From positions 3,072,001-3,136,000 of the forward strand of contig OZ242260.1 in assembly GCA_965207065.1 (NCBI GenBank): a DNA stretch of 64,000 nt. Direction: 5' to 3'. The notes beneath the pieces are model-generated. The model saw only the letters and a program-made list of their open reading frames with translations, did no database searches and was not told where the DNA came from. Positions within the stretch are counted from its first letter, which is position 1. Each line of letters begins with the position of its first letter. This DNA comes from a bacterium (GTDB lineage Bacteria; UBA8248). Below are positions 55,700 to 64,000 of the stretch, one piece after another. Made by a program: the position numbers and the translations under genes.

Positions 55700-55910
55700 G
55701 CGGGCACAGGGGCCCGCTCCTACGGGTTCGTTGAGTAACGCGAGAGGTTCGTAGGGGCGGACCGGTGTGTCCGTCCTTGGGTGTTCGATCTCATCAGATG
55801 CCTCATCAAATCGTAGGGACAGGCCCCCGTGCCTGTCCGCTAAGGGCCTGCGATACCACCGTGTTTTCGTTTCTTTCGTAGGGGTTGCATATGGGGTTGT
55901 TGGAAAACCC
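55700..55910. repeat. GTAG-type REP cluster downstream of ctpA
   Basis: GTAGGGACAGGCCCCCGTGCCTGTCCG at 55813-55839 is identical to 22802-22828; further GTAGGGG hairpins. Confidence 0.75.
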
Positions 55911-56235
55911 TGTTTCGAAACCGAGCGCCTTTGACGCTCCCTCATCGGTCACATCAAACTCACGACTTGCTTGGCCGCCGTATTGTCCTCACCCTGAGTA
56001 GCCGCCGAAGGTAAAACGCGACTGAGAAAGGAGCAATGACATTGTAATTAATCCGTCTATTTGTCAGTCGCACGCATGAACGCCTCATAATACGATAACT
56101 ATTTGATTATATTCAGTTATTTATCATACTGTCGCTTCAGTTCCCCCTTGTGTTTTCGCCATACGTATGCTTTAATACATCCCGTATTGATGCCATACGT
56201 ATGCGTTTTGATTACATGTTTCACCGGGAGGGACC

Positions 56236-57432
56236 ATGCCCAGAAGAAGCGAACTCAAAATTACCAAGCGCACGGTCGACGCGCTGAACGTCGAGGCGGG
56301 GGACGCCCTCTTCTGGGACCGGGAGCTGGCCGGCTTCGGGGTGCGGGTCCACGCCACGGGCAGGAAAGTCTACGTGGTGCAGTCCCGTGGACCTGGAGGG
56401 CCGAAGAGGGTCACCCTGGGCCGGCACGGCGAGATGCCGGCGGATGAGGCGAGGAGGCGCGCAGCCCTCGTCATCGACCGGATCAAGCGGGGCGAGGACC
56501 TTGAGCCAAGGCCACCCGTGGCGGAACTCACGGTAGCCGGCCTGGCCGAGCGCTTCATGCGGGTCCACGTCGGCGTGCACTGCAAGCCGGGCACCGCGGC
56601 GGGGTACCGCTCCGTGCTCGATGGACACATTCTGCCGGCGCTGGGAGAAATGCCGGCGGCTGCGGTCGGGCGGGGGGAAGTCTCGGCGCTGCACCACCGG
56701 CTCCGGAGCACGCCCATCCGGGCGAACGCGGCGGTGGACCTTCTGTCCGAGATGTTCTCGCTGGCCGGGGCGTGGGAACTGACTCCGCCCGGACGCAACC
56801 CGTGCCGGGGGTTGAGACGCTACAGGACGCGTCCGCGCGAGCGGTTCTTGAGCGATGAGGAGTTCCGTCGTCTGGGCCGTGCGCTCAAGGACGCGGAGGG
56901 GACGACCTGGCCGCCCGCGCTCGCGGCGATCAGGTTGTTGATCCTGACCGGGTGCCGGAGGGGCGAGATACTCGGGCTGCGCTGGGAGGACGTGGACCGC
57001 ACGGCCGGCGAGTTGAGGTTGCGCGACGCAAAGACGGGCCCGCGCATGGTTCCCCTGACGACGCCCGTGCTGGAGGTGCTGGACGGCATCCCCCGCTCGC
57101 CTGAGAACCCGTGGGTGATCGCGGGACAGAAGGCAGGGAGTCGCCTGTCGAACCTCTACCACTACTGGGAGCCTATCCGGGAGCGGGCCGGGCTCGGTGA
57201 CGTGCGGATTCATGACCTGCGCCACTCGTATGCCAGCCGCGCCCTGGCGCTGGGCGAGGGTCTGCCCGCGATCGGCAGGCTGCTCGGACACTCGAAGGTG
57301 TCGACCACGGCGCGTTACGCGCACCTGATGAGGGACGCCGAGAAGACGGCGGCCGCCCGCGTGGGCGAGAGCATCGGGGCCCACATCGTCTCGCGCAAAG
57401 GCGTAAAAGAAGGAATGAACGGAGATGGCTAG
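56236..57432 (+). CDS. Tyrosine integrase with N-terminal arm-binding domain
   Basis: WDRELAGFGVRV, TGCRRGEI, K (DAKTG), HDLRHS and LGH..TTARY catalytic set. Confidence 0.93.
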   Translation: MPRRSELKITKRTVDALNVEAGDALFWDRELAGFGVRVHATGRKVYVVQSRGPGGPKRVTLGRHGEMPADEARRRAALVIDRIKRGEDLEPRPPVAELTVAGLAERFMRVHVGVHCKPGTAAGYRSVLDGHILPALGEMPAAAVGRGEVSALHHRLRSTPIRANAAVDLLSEMFSLAGAWELTPPGRNPCRGLRRYRTRPRERFLSDEEFRRLGRALKDAEGTTWPPALAAIRLLILTGCRRGEILGLRWEDVDRTAGELRLRDAKTGPRMVPLTTPVLEVLDGIPRSPENPWVIAGQKAGSRLSNLYHYWEPIRERAGLGDVRIHDLRHSYASRALALGEGLPAIGRLLGHSKVSTTARYAHLMRDAEKTAAARVGESIGAHIVSRKGVKEGMNGDG

Positions 57433-58594
57433 ACCGAAGTATCGAACGCTCTCGAGCCGGGCGGTCGGGAAGCTTGAGGTGGAAAAGGACACGGTGTTCT
57501 GGGATGGGGAACTCACCGGCTTCGGCGTCAGGGTCTATCCCACCGGAGCCAGGGTGTATATCGCCCAGGCCCGGGGACCGGAGGGTCCCAAACGTGTAGC
57601 GGTTGGCCGGCACGGGGTGATCAATGCGGAGCAGGCCAGGCGGCGCGCGGCTTTGATCATCGCCCGGGTCAAGGCCGGCGAGGAGCCGGCGCCCGAGCAG
57701 ATGAGAGCGAAGGACGGGCCGAGTGTGGCCGAGCTCGCGAAACGCTACTCCGAAGAACACCTCGCGGTGCGGTGCAAGCCGGGGACGGAGGCGCTGGTCC
57801 GCTCGGTGGTCGACAAGCACATCGTGCCGGCTTTCGGGAAGCTGCCGCTCGCGGAGGTCGAGCGTGCGCAGGTGGTGGAACTGCACCAGCGGCTGTACGA
57901 GACGCCCTCGACGGCGAACCTGGCGGTCCGCACCCTGTCCTCGATGTACCGCCTGGCGGGGGCGTGGGGACTCGTTCCCGAGGGATTGAACCCCTGCCGC
58001 TCCATCGCCAGGTATCCCGGGCGCAGGCGCGAGCGCTTCCTGACGGATGAAGAGTTCGTCCGCCTGGGAGAGACCCTCGATGAATTCGAGACGGCGGGCG
58101 GCGCGTCGGCGCCCGCGGTGGCGGCCATCCGTCTCCTGATGCTGACCGGGTGCCGGAAGAGCGAGATACTGAAATTAAGTTGGGAGGACGTGGCCCTGGG
58201 TGAGAGCGAACTGAGGCTGCCCGACACGAAGACGGGGGCAAGGGTGGTTCCGCTCTCCCCGCCTGCGGCCGCGCTCCTCGCCGGCCTGCCGCGCCTGCCC
58301 GGCAATCCCTGGGTCATACCCGGCAGGAAGCCGGGCGCGCATCTGAAGAACCTCGACGAGGCCTGGCGGGCCGTCCGGGCGCGCGCGGGTCTCCACGACG
58401 TCCGCATTCATGACTTGCGTCATTCCTACGCCAGCCGGGCGCTGGCCCTGGGCGAGGGACTGCCCATGATTGCGAAACTGTTGGGCCACGCCCACGTCGA
58501 GACCACGGCTCGCTACGCGCATCTGGCGCGCGATTCGGTGCGCGAGACAGCGGAGCGCATAGCCGTGAGCATCGCGGCCGATATAAGGGCCTGA
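57425..58594 (+). CDS. Second tandem tyrosine integrase (paralogue)
   Basis: Same motifs: TGCRKSEI, DTKTG, HDLRHS and LGH..TTARY; overlaps the first gene by 8 bp. Confidence 0.93.
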   Translation: MARPKYRTLSSRAVGKLEVEKDTVFWDGELTGFGVRVYPTGARVYIAQARGPEGPKRVAVGRHGVINAEQARRRAALIIARVKAGEEPAPEQMRAKDGPSVAELAKRYSEEHLAVRCKPGTEALVRSVVDKHIVPAFGKLPLAEVERAQVVELHQRLYETPSTANLAVRTLSSMYRLAGAWGLVPEGLNPCRSIARYPGRRRERFLTDEEFVRLGETLDEFETAGGASAPAVAAIRLLMLTGCRKSEILKLSWEDVALGESELRLPDTKTGARVVPLSPPAAALLAGLPRLPGNPWVIPGRKPGAHLKNLDEAWRAVRARAGLHDVRIHDLRHSYASRALALGEGLPMIAKLLGHAHVETTARYAHLARDSVRETAERIAVSIAADIRA

Positions 58595-58649
58595 GGCTTG
58601 TGGACGGCGCACTCCGTCGTGGCCACAAGCTTGCGAACACCGCCTCCGC

Positions 58650-58841
58650 CTGCGGCTTCATGACCTGCGCCACTCCTTCGCGTCCAGGGCGCTGGCGCTG
58701 GGAGAGAGTCTACCCATGATCGGGAAGCTGCTCGGGCACAACCAAGTCGAGACCACGGCGCGCTACGCCCACCTGTCGCGCGAATCGGTCCGCGAGACGG
58801 CGGAACGGATCGCCGCAAGTATCGCCGAGGACATCCTGTAG
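58650..58841 (+). pseudogene. C-terminal relic of a third integrase
   Basis: LRLHDLRHSFASRALALGESLPMIGKLLGHNQVETTARYAHLSRESVRETAERIAASIAEDIL*; N-terminal part missing. Confidence 0.88.
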
Positions 58842-59126
58842 GGGTATTGGGAGGCGTCGCTGCAAGCTCGCGCCGGAAGCACCAGTCGGTCGGCACAAAA
58901 TTCCCCTCCCCGGTCGTGTTTGACCCTGCACCTCCACCTAATCAGGATGATGTGGATATCACATTTTTTCGCGAGGAGATCGTTTATATAACTAGTTGAC
59001 AGACAGTAGGTTATATCTAATTAACGACGATACGAAAAAGCGCTTTCCTTTACTTGTCAACACGAGCATTGATCCGTAACGACTCGCATCTAAGACTTCG
59101 CGGGATAGCGCCAGTCGGGTCATGCG

Positions 59127-60002
59127 TCAGCGCCGAAACCTTACAGCCCATGACGCTTCAATATCTTCCTCGTCGTCTTCAATCTCATCCGGCGGCTCCA
59201 TGCCAGTGAGGACGGTGAGTGTCTTGCCGTAACGGCCCAAGCCAACTACTTCTTCGACAACCTCCTGTCGGTACGGCCCACTGAACCAGTCCTGAAGGTC
59301 GGACGTGCCACTGGCACGTACCGCACACTCGACATTGCTTCTGTCGGCGTTGAAGGTGGCCGTAATGCTGCCAGTGGGCAGCGGTGTGCCTTTGCTTATC
59401 CAGTCTAGGTCGGGAAAGTCCATCAGGGGCTCAGACATGAAGGCGTAGTCGACGATTCGGCCTTCGCTTCTGATTACCGCCACCGGGTCACGGTTGATTT
59501 GAGCGCAGCGGATCGCTGTTGCCTCCAGAGATGTCCCGCAAACATCGGCCAGCGTCTCGATTGCTTCCAGGCCATCGCCCGCACGCCTCGCTGCAGCCGT
59601 GAATAACTTCGTCGGCATTAGCAGCGCCGCCGCGAATTGGTCGGCTTCTTGCTCATAGCGTTCGGAACTCTGGAAGCCGGCATGGGATACATGCTGGCCG
59701 CGTTTATCAAAGACCGAATCCAGATGCCCGGGTAGCCAATAGTGGCCGATCTCATGTCCGATCGAAAAGTTTATAAAGCCTTCGCTGTCCACGTGTGTCG
59801 GGTAGCAGATGCCGAATTGGCCACTAACGTGCACCAGCATGCCGGATGCCCCACCGGAATTGGCCGGTAACGGCCGTAACTCAATGTCGAGTCGACGGGC
59901 GATTTCGAACGGGTTGATAGGGAGCGCGTCAATTTCCAACTCCTTAAGGAGCCGCGCTGCCTCCCAGTGAACCTTGATAAACGGGTCTGACCGGCGTGAC
60001 AT
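59127..60002 (-). CDS. ImmA/IrrE-family metallopeptidase (CapP-like)
   Basis: NFSIGHEIGH (HExxH) and EQEADQFAAALLMP; divergent from CBASS. Confidence 0.88.
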   Translation of the reverse strand: MSRRSDPFIKVHWEAARLLKELEIDALPINPFEIARRLDIELRPLPANSGGASGMLVHVSGQFGICYPTHVDSEGFINFSIGHEIGHYWLPGHLDSVFDKRGQHVSHAGFQSSERYEQEADQFAAALLMPTKLFTAAARRAGDGLEAIETLADVCGTSLEATAIRCAQINRDPVAVIRSEGRIVDYAFMSEPLMDFPDLDWISKGTPLPTGSITATFNADRSNVECAVRASGTSDLQDWFSGPYRQEVVEEVVGLGRYGKTLTVLTGMEPPDEIEDDEEDIEASWAVRFRR

Positions 60003-60365
60003 TTACTCCCCTTTCGGCTTCTTTTTCTTCGCCTTACTTGCCAGCATCTGAATAAAACTGTCGGCCATCTCTTGATATTCGGTGGACAGGCCAGCGTAGT
60101 GCCGATGGAGTTGGTCGGCGCTGACAGCTGAGCCATCGATCTCGTTGGTACGTCCAAGCAGATAGTCCGTCGTTACACGCAGCGCATCGGCAATGCGCTT
60201 CAGATTGTCGAAGGACGGCTTGCGCGTTCCTGTCTCAAAGTGGGAGATGGCCGAAGCCTGAAGATCCGCACGCTTCGCTAGTTCGCCCTGGCTGAGTTCC
60301 CTGAACTCCCGCGCCGCGCGTAGCCGCTTTTTGAATATATCGGTTGGTCTGGTTGACTTGTCCAT
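60003..60365 (-). CDS. XRE-family HTH repressor (CapH-like)
   Basis: LSQGELAKRADLQASAISHFETGTRKPS..TTDYLLG; abuts the peptidase gene. Confidence 0.9.
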   Translation of the reverse strand: MDKSTRPTDIFKKRLRAAREFRELSQGELAKRADLQASAISHFETGTRKPSFDNLKRIADALRVTTDYLLGRTNEIDGSAVSADQLHRHYAGLSTEYQEMADSFIQMLASKAKKKKPKGE

Positions 60366-60434
60366 TACGATTCCGTATACTATTATATGACGTATTCGAT
60401 ATTACTGTTGGATGCTTTCTTTCAGCAAGTTCAG

Positions 60435-60448
60435 TGACGAATTCGTCA
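60435..60448. promoter_or_regulatory. Perfect 14-bp palindrome, candidate operator
   Basis: TGACGAATTCGTCA; degenerate copies at 60388-60401 and 60365-60378. Confidence 0.65.
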
Positions 60449-60489
60449 TAGTATGAAATACATTTTCAATAAACACAAGGAGACAACAC

Positions 60490-60723
60490 ATGAGCAAGAG
60501 ACCCAAGACCCACCATGTCGTTCCGAACACTAGTGGGGGCTGGGACGTGAAACGCGGCGGTGCCAGTCGCGCCAGTAGCCACCATGACACAAAGCGGGAG
60601 GCCATCGATCGCGGTCGCGAGATCAGCCGTAATCAGGGGTCCGAGTTCCGTATCCACAACAAGGATGGGCGGATCGCCAGGAGTGACAGCCACGGTGGCG
60701 ACCCTTACCCGCCCAAGGGCTAG
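60490..60723 (+). CDS. DUF2188-family small protein
   Basis: HVVPN..GGWDVKR.GA.RAS..HDTK.EAI..GR and IHNKDGRI..SDSHG.DP.PPKG motifs; AAGGAG RBS. Confidence 0.85.
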   Translation: MSKRPKTHHVVPNTSGGWDVKRGGASRASSHHDTKREAIDRGREISRNQGSEFRIHNKDGRIARSDSHGGDPYPPKG

Positions 60724-60742
60724 GGAAGGAGAGCATCTACCG

Positions 60743-62281
60743 ATGAGGGTACCAAAACACATCGAAGAGCTGCTAGAAGACTTAGCGGAATCCCTTCAAA
60801 TTCCGCCAAGCCGTTATGAAGCGGCGGAGCGCAGTTACAAATCAGTGGGTGACTGGCTGCAGAGGGAGACTTCCACCCTACGCAGTGCCAATCCTCAAGT
60901 ATATATCCAGGGCTCTTTCCAACTTGGCACAGCGATCCGTCCCATTTCGGACGCCGAGGATTACGACGTGGACCTCGTCTGCGAGGTGTCCGCATCAAAG
61001 GCCCTACAGACTCAAGCGCAGCTAAAGGCCGACTTGGGTTACGAACTCGCGGCGTATGCCGAAGCCCACAAGCTGGACGAACCCGAAGAAGGTCGGCGAT
61101 GCTGGACGCTGAACTACGCCGACAGCGCGCAATTCCACTTGGATACCCTCGTCGCGATTCCAGACGCCGTCCGCAAGCGGCTTTTGCTCGAACAAAGCGG
61201 GCTTTCAACGCAGTGGTCGGAGACGGCCATCGCGATTACCGACCGAGAACATCCAATGTACCGCCAGATTTCGGAGGATTGGCCGCACAGCAACCCGAAG
61301 GGCTACAGCAACTGGTTCCATTCGCGTATGGCCGAAGTGTTTAACGCGCGCCGTCAGATGCTTGCAATGGAGGCGCGTGCGAGCGTCGAGGACATACCCG
61401 AATACGAAGTGCGGACACCGCTCCAGTACGCCATTCAGATCCTAAAACGGCACCGCGATATGATGTTTGTGGATCATCCTGACGATAAACCGATCTCAAT
61501 CATCCTGACCACGTTGGCGGCGAATGCGTATCAGCAGGAAACGTCCCTCGTCGGCACGCTCTACAACATCCTGCAACATATGGACAGCTTCATTGAAGAC
61601 CGCGACGGTGTGGCGTGGATCGCAAATCCGGCGGACCCCGCCGAAAACTTTGCGGACAGGTGGCAGCAGTACCCCGAGCGCAAACGTGCCTTCTATGACT
61701 GGCTCGAACAGGTGCGCACTGACTTCGCCAATGCGGCTGCAGCTATGAGCCGCGACTCCGCTCTCGCAGGCCTCCAGCCGCACTTCGGCAAACGCCTGAT
61801 TGAAGCTGCTCAGGCGCACCGACAGAGCATCAGGGGTGGTGCGCTCAAGACGCTGTTTTCCAGTCTAGGATCGGCAGCGAAGAGCATTCTTAACCCGTCA
61901 CATCGGCAACGTCCACCATGGGATCTAGTGACACAAGGGGATGTACAGATTAAGCGCGCAATTGTTGATCGCAACGGGTTTCGACCGCATGAATTTGCTA
62001 GTAATGGATCGGCGCTGACCAAGCACGCAAACCTTAGGTTCGAAGCGGACACGAACGTGCCGAAGCCATACAAGGTTTACTGGCAGGTGGTGAACACCGG
62101 ACGGGAGGCTGAAAGCGCAGGCGGACTTCGTGGCGGGTTCGACGAGACCATCATTACAGCTGGCAAGCTGATGCGGAAGGAGAATACTTTATATACTGGC
62201 CAGCACAGCATCGAGTGCTTTATCGTCAAGAACAACCTCCTCGCCGCCCGCAGTGGTCAGTTCATCGTTAACATCCAATAG
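60743..62281 (+). CDS. CBASS cGAS/DncV-like nucleotidyltransferase (SMODS) with C-terminal AGS-C domain
   Basis: QGSFQLGTAIRP..DYDVD, RRCWTLNY, FHLD, SNPKGY, LKRHRD, PISIILTT and ENFADRW motifs; C-terminal YWQVVNTG..E.TLYTGQH.IECF. Confidence 0.93.
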   Translation: MRVPKHIEELLEDLAESLQIPPSRYEAAERSYKSVGDWLQRETSTLRSANPQVYIQGSFQLGTAIRPISDAEDYDVDLVCEVSASKALQTQAQLKADLGYELAAYAEAHKLDEPEEGRRCWTLNYADSAQFHLDTLVAIPDAVRKRLLLEQSGLSTQWSETAIAITDREHPMYRQISEDWPHSNPKGYSNWFHSRMAEVFNARRQMLAMEARASVEDIPEYEVRTPLQYAIQILKRHRDMMFVDHPDDKPISIILTTLAANAYQQETSLVGTLYNILQHMDSFIEDRDGVAWIANPADPAENFADRWQQYPERKRAFYDWLEQVRTDFANAAAAMSRDSALAGLQPHFGKRLIEAAQAHRQSIRGGALKTLFSSLGSAAKSILNPSHRQRPPWDLVTQGDVQIKRAIVDRNGFRPHEFASNGSALTKHANLRFEADTNVPKPYKVYWQVVNTGREAESAGGLRGGFDETIITAGKLMRKENTLYTGQHSIECFIVKNNLLAARSGQFIVNIQ

Positions 62282-62293
62282 GGATGCGCACAC

Positions 62294-63373
62294 ATGAAGA
62301 ACCATGCCAACCATTTCATCCGGTCTTTTACCGACTGGCTGTTTCGTCCACGTCATCCAGCCGTGTATCTAGTGAGGGGCGGTATAGCCCTCCTATTCCT
62401 ACTGATCGCCGGATGGGCATTCTCGGTTTCGATTCCGACTCAGTATGGCCCGTTCTCGATACGCTTCGACAGCGAAGGTGGTACTCCGACCCTGATCAGT
62501 TACTGCCTGTTGCTACTTGCTATTGGCCTCTTTGTTTTCGCCTTCGTCTGGTACAGAACTGACCAAAAGCGAATCTTACGGAAGAAAGTCATTGTCGTTG
62601 AGGCCCGTGGACTGAGAGATACAGGTGGCACTCCGCTCCATGAGGCCCTGCCAGAGAAGCTGGAAGGCCACCGTGACCAAGTGCCATTAGACCTGCGACA
62701 GCAGGTGAAGGACGGCGTTATCATCGATCCTCGCGCTGCGCTCGACAAGCTCATTTCTCTCCCCAACGATCTTAAACGCCGGGAGAGCGACCATGACCGG
62801 CGCGATATCACCTACGTCTACGGAGGATTGGCATCCGTTCCTTTCACATTCCTTACGGGTGTACTCATGGACGACGAAGGCCCAATCGTCGTGATGGACT
62901 GGGATCGGCATACAGAAAAGTGGCGAGTGCTGGATGGCGACGACGACGGCGAGCGTTTCACGATTATTGGCAATGATGCTGTTCAGTCATGTCCGATGGA
63001 AATTGCACTGGCAGTCTCGGTGTCCTATCGCGTTGATATCTCTGGCGTGAGAGAGAAAGTCGTCGATATGCCAGTCGTGGAAATGGTGTTGGCATCCGGC
63101 TCACCTGACTGCCATTGGTCCGAAGATAAGCAGAAAGCATTGGGGCAACAGTTTCTGGACTTGGTCATTGCGTTTGGCAATCACGGCGTCAAGCACGTCC
63201 ATCTCTTTCTGGCAGCACAGAACAGCGTGGTGTTCCGGTTTGGGAGGCTTTACGATAGGCGCAACTTACCGGAAATAACCGCTTACCAATACCAACGCGA
63301 GGAAACGCCACCATACCCGTGGGGCATCAGAATGCCCGTGAGTGGCATCGAAAAACCAGAACTTGTCCAGTAG
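62294..63373 (+). CDS. CBASS effector: 2TM + SAVED domain (Cap14-like)
   Basis: Two TM segments, then YGGLASVPFTFLTG, AVSVSY, VHLFLAAQNSVVFRFGR and YPWG motifs. Confidence 0.88.
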   Translation: MKNHANHFIRSFTDWLFRPRHPAVYLVRGGIALLFLLIAGWAFSVSIPTQYGPFSIRFDSEGGTPTLISYCLLLLAIGLFVFAFVWYRTDQKRILRKKVIVVEARGLRDTGGTPLHEALPEKLEGHRDQVPLDLRQQVKDGVIIDPRAALDKLISLPNDLKRRESDHDRRDITYVYGGLASVPFTFLTGVLMDDEGPIVVMDWDRHTEKWRVLDGDDDGERFTIIGNDAVQSCPMEIALAVSVSYRVDISGVREKVVDMPVVEMVLASGSPDCHWSEDKQKALGQQFLDLVIAFGNHGVKHVHLFLAAQNSVVFRFGRLYDRRNLPEITAYQYQREETPPYPWGIRMPVSGIEKPELVQ

Positions 63374-64000
63374 CCCATGACTCCTATCAAAGCATCTGAG
63401 TGAGTATTTTGTTGAAAGACAGATATTGAGGTCCTGCATCAATGGACACTCAATAGCGACGCAAATACGCTACTCTCCCCGCCAAATCACCATACCACTC
63501 ATCGACCATCCCCTGCAGAGGATGTCGGAACGATCATATCTTCACCCAAAAGTCATAGATGGATTAGTGGTCGATGCCGCTGGGGCGACAACCCTTAAGG
63601 AGACTGAATTTTGCCATCAGAACTCCTCCTACGAACAACCAGAAGATGTTCACCGAAACATGTCAACTCTATGCCGAAAGTAGCGCTGAGGATGCTGGAC
63701 ATGTCATCAGGACCGAGTTTTGTGAGCCGTTTCGATTCTGATAGACATTATCTGTGGACTCGCCGGTAGCGACTGAAACCCCACAGCGTATTAGAACGTA
63801 CGACTTAGTTATTTGTCTCGGGGCCGTCGCCCTCAATCAAGTCGAGCAACAAGTTCCTCTATCCAATCTGATCGGGCGCAGACACCATCGCAGCTCTCAA
63901 CATGAGTCCAACCGGCTAAGAAGGTGGCGAGAAGGTATACCGGCCCGCACTACTATTCGTAAGCCTTCACCCCTCGATGAACCTCACCGACAACGAAGGA

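Noticed and set aside
55592-56235. tRNA/tmRNA integration target before the integrases; selC near the grd genes
   Set aside because: No T-arm consensus or cloverleaf found by eye; tRNAscan-SE/ARAGORN would be decisive
63426-63683. 85-aa ORF after the SAVED gene
   Set aside because: TTG start, no clear RBS or motif; not recognisable as a CBASS ancillary gene

Overview
Bacterial chromosomal window with four parts; GC figures are estimates by eye. (1) 1-26.2 kb, GC-rich (~65%): cupin, pepA, a 2-oxoacid dehydrogenase E1a/E1b/E2 + CitE-like operon, a PfkB kinase, rsmD, an AT-rich DnaA-box cluster, SDRs, leuA, MmgE/PrpD and a Tat multicopper oxidase. It also holds a glycine/sarcosine/betaine-reductase-like cluster (grdC-grdA-grdE...grdB) with two UGA-selenocysteine genes that the ORF track splits, interrupted by a decayed IS1595-like element carrying a PIN-toxin pair, then mnmA. 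(2) ~26.3-45.3 kb, much lower GC (~45-50%) although it carries core genes (rplU, rpmA, obgE, proB, nadD, rsfS, dksA-like, rpiB, nrdR, eno). This block plus mnmA and tkt lies between two related non-coding spacers sharing a 25/28 inverted repeat. (3) 48-54 kb: a secreted protein with a poly-Asp tandem-repeat tract and two TbpB-like barrels, followed by a vitamin K-dependent carboxylase (HTTM/VKGC) homologue, a DCC1-like CxxC oxidoreductase and a membrane-anchored LuxR regulator. This is the best candidate for an undescribed system (bacterial protein Asp/Glu carboxylation). (4) After ctpA, an island with two tandem tyrosine integrases plus a third relic, and a CBASS locus (CD-NTase + 2TM-SAVED) with divergent CapH/CapP-like regulators. 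No tRNA, rRNA or CRISPR array was recognised.
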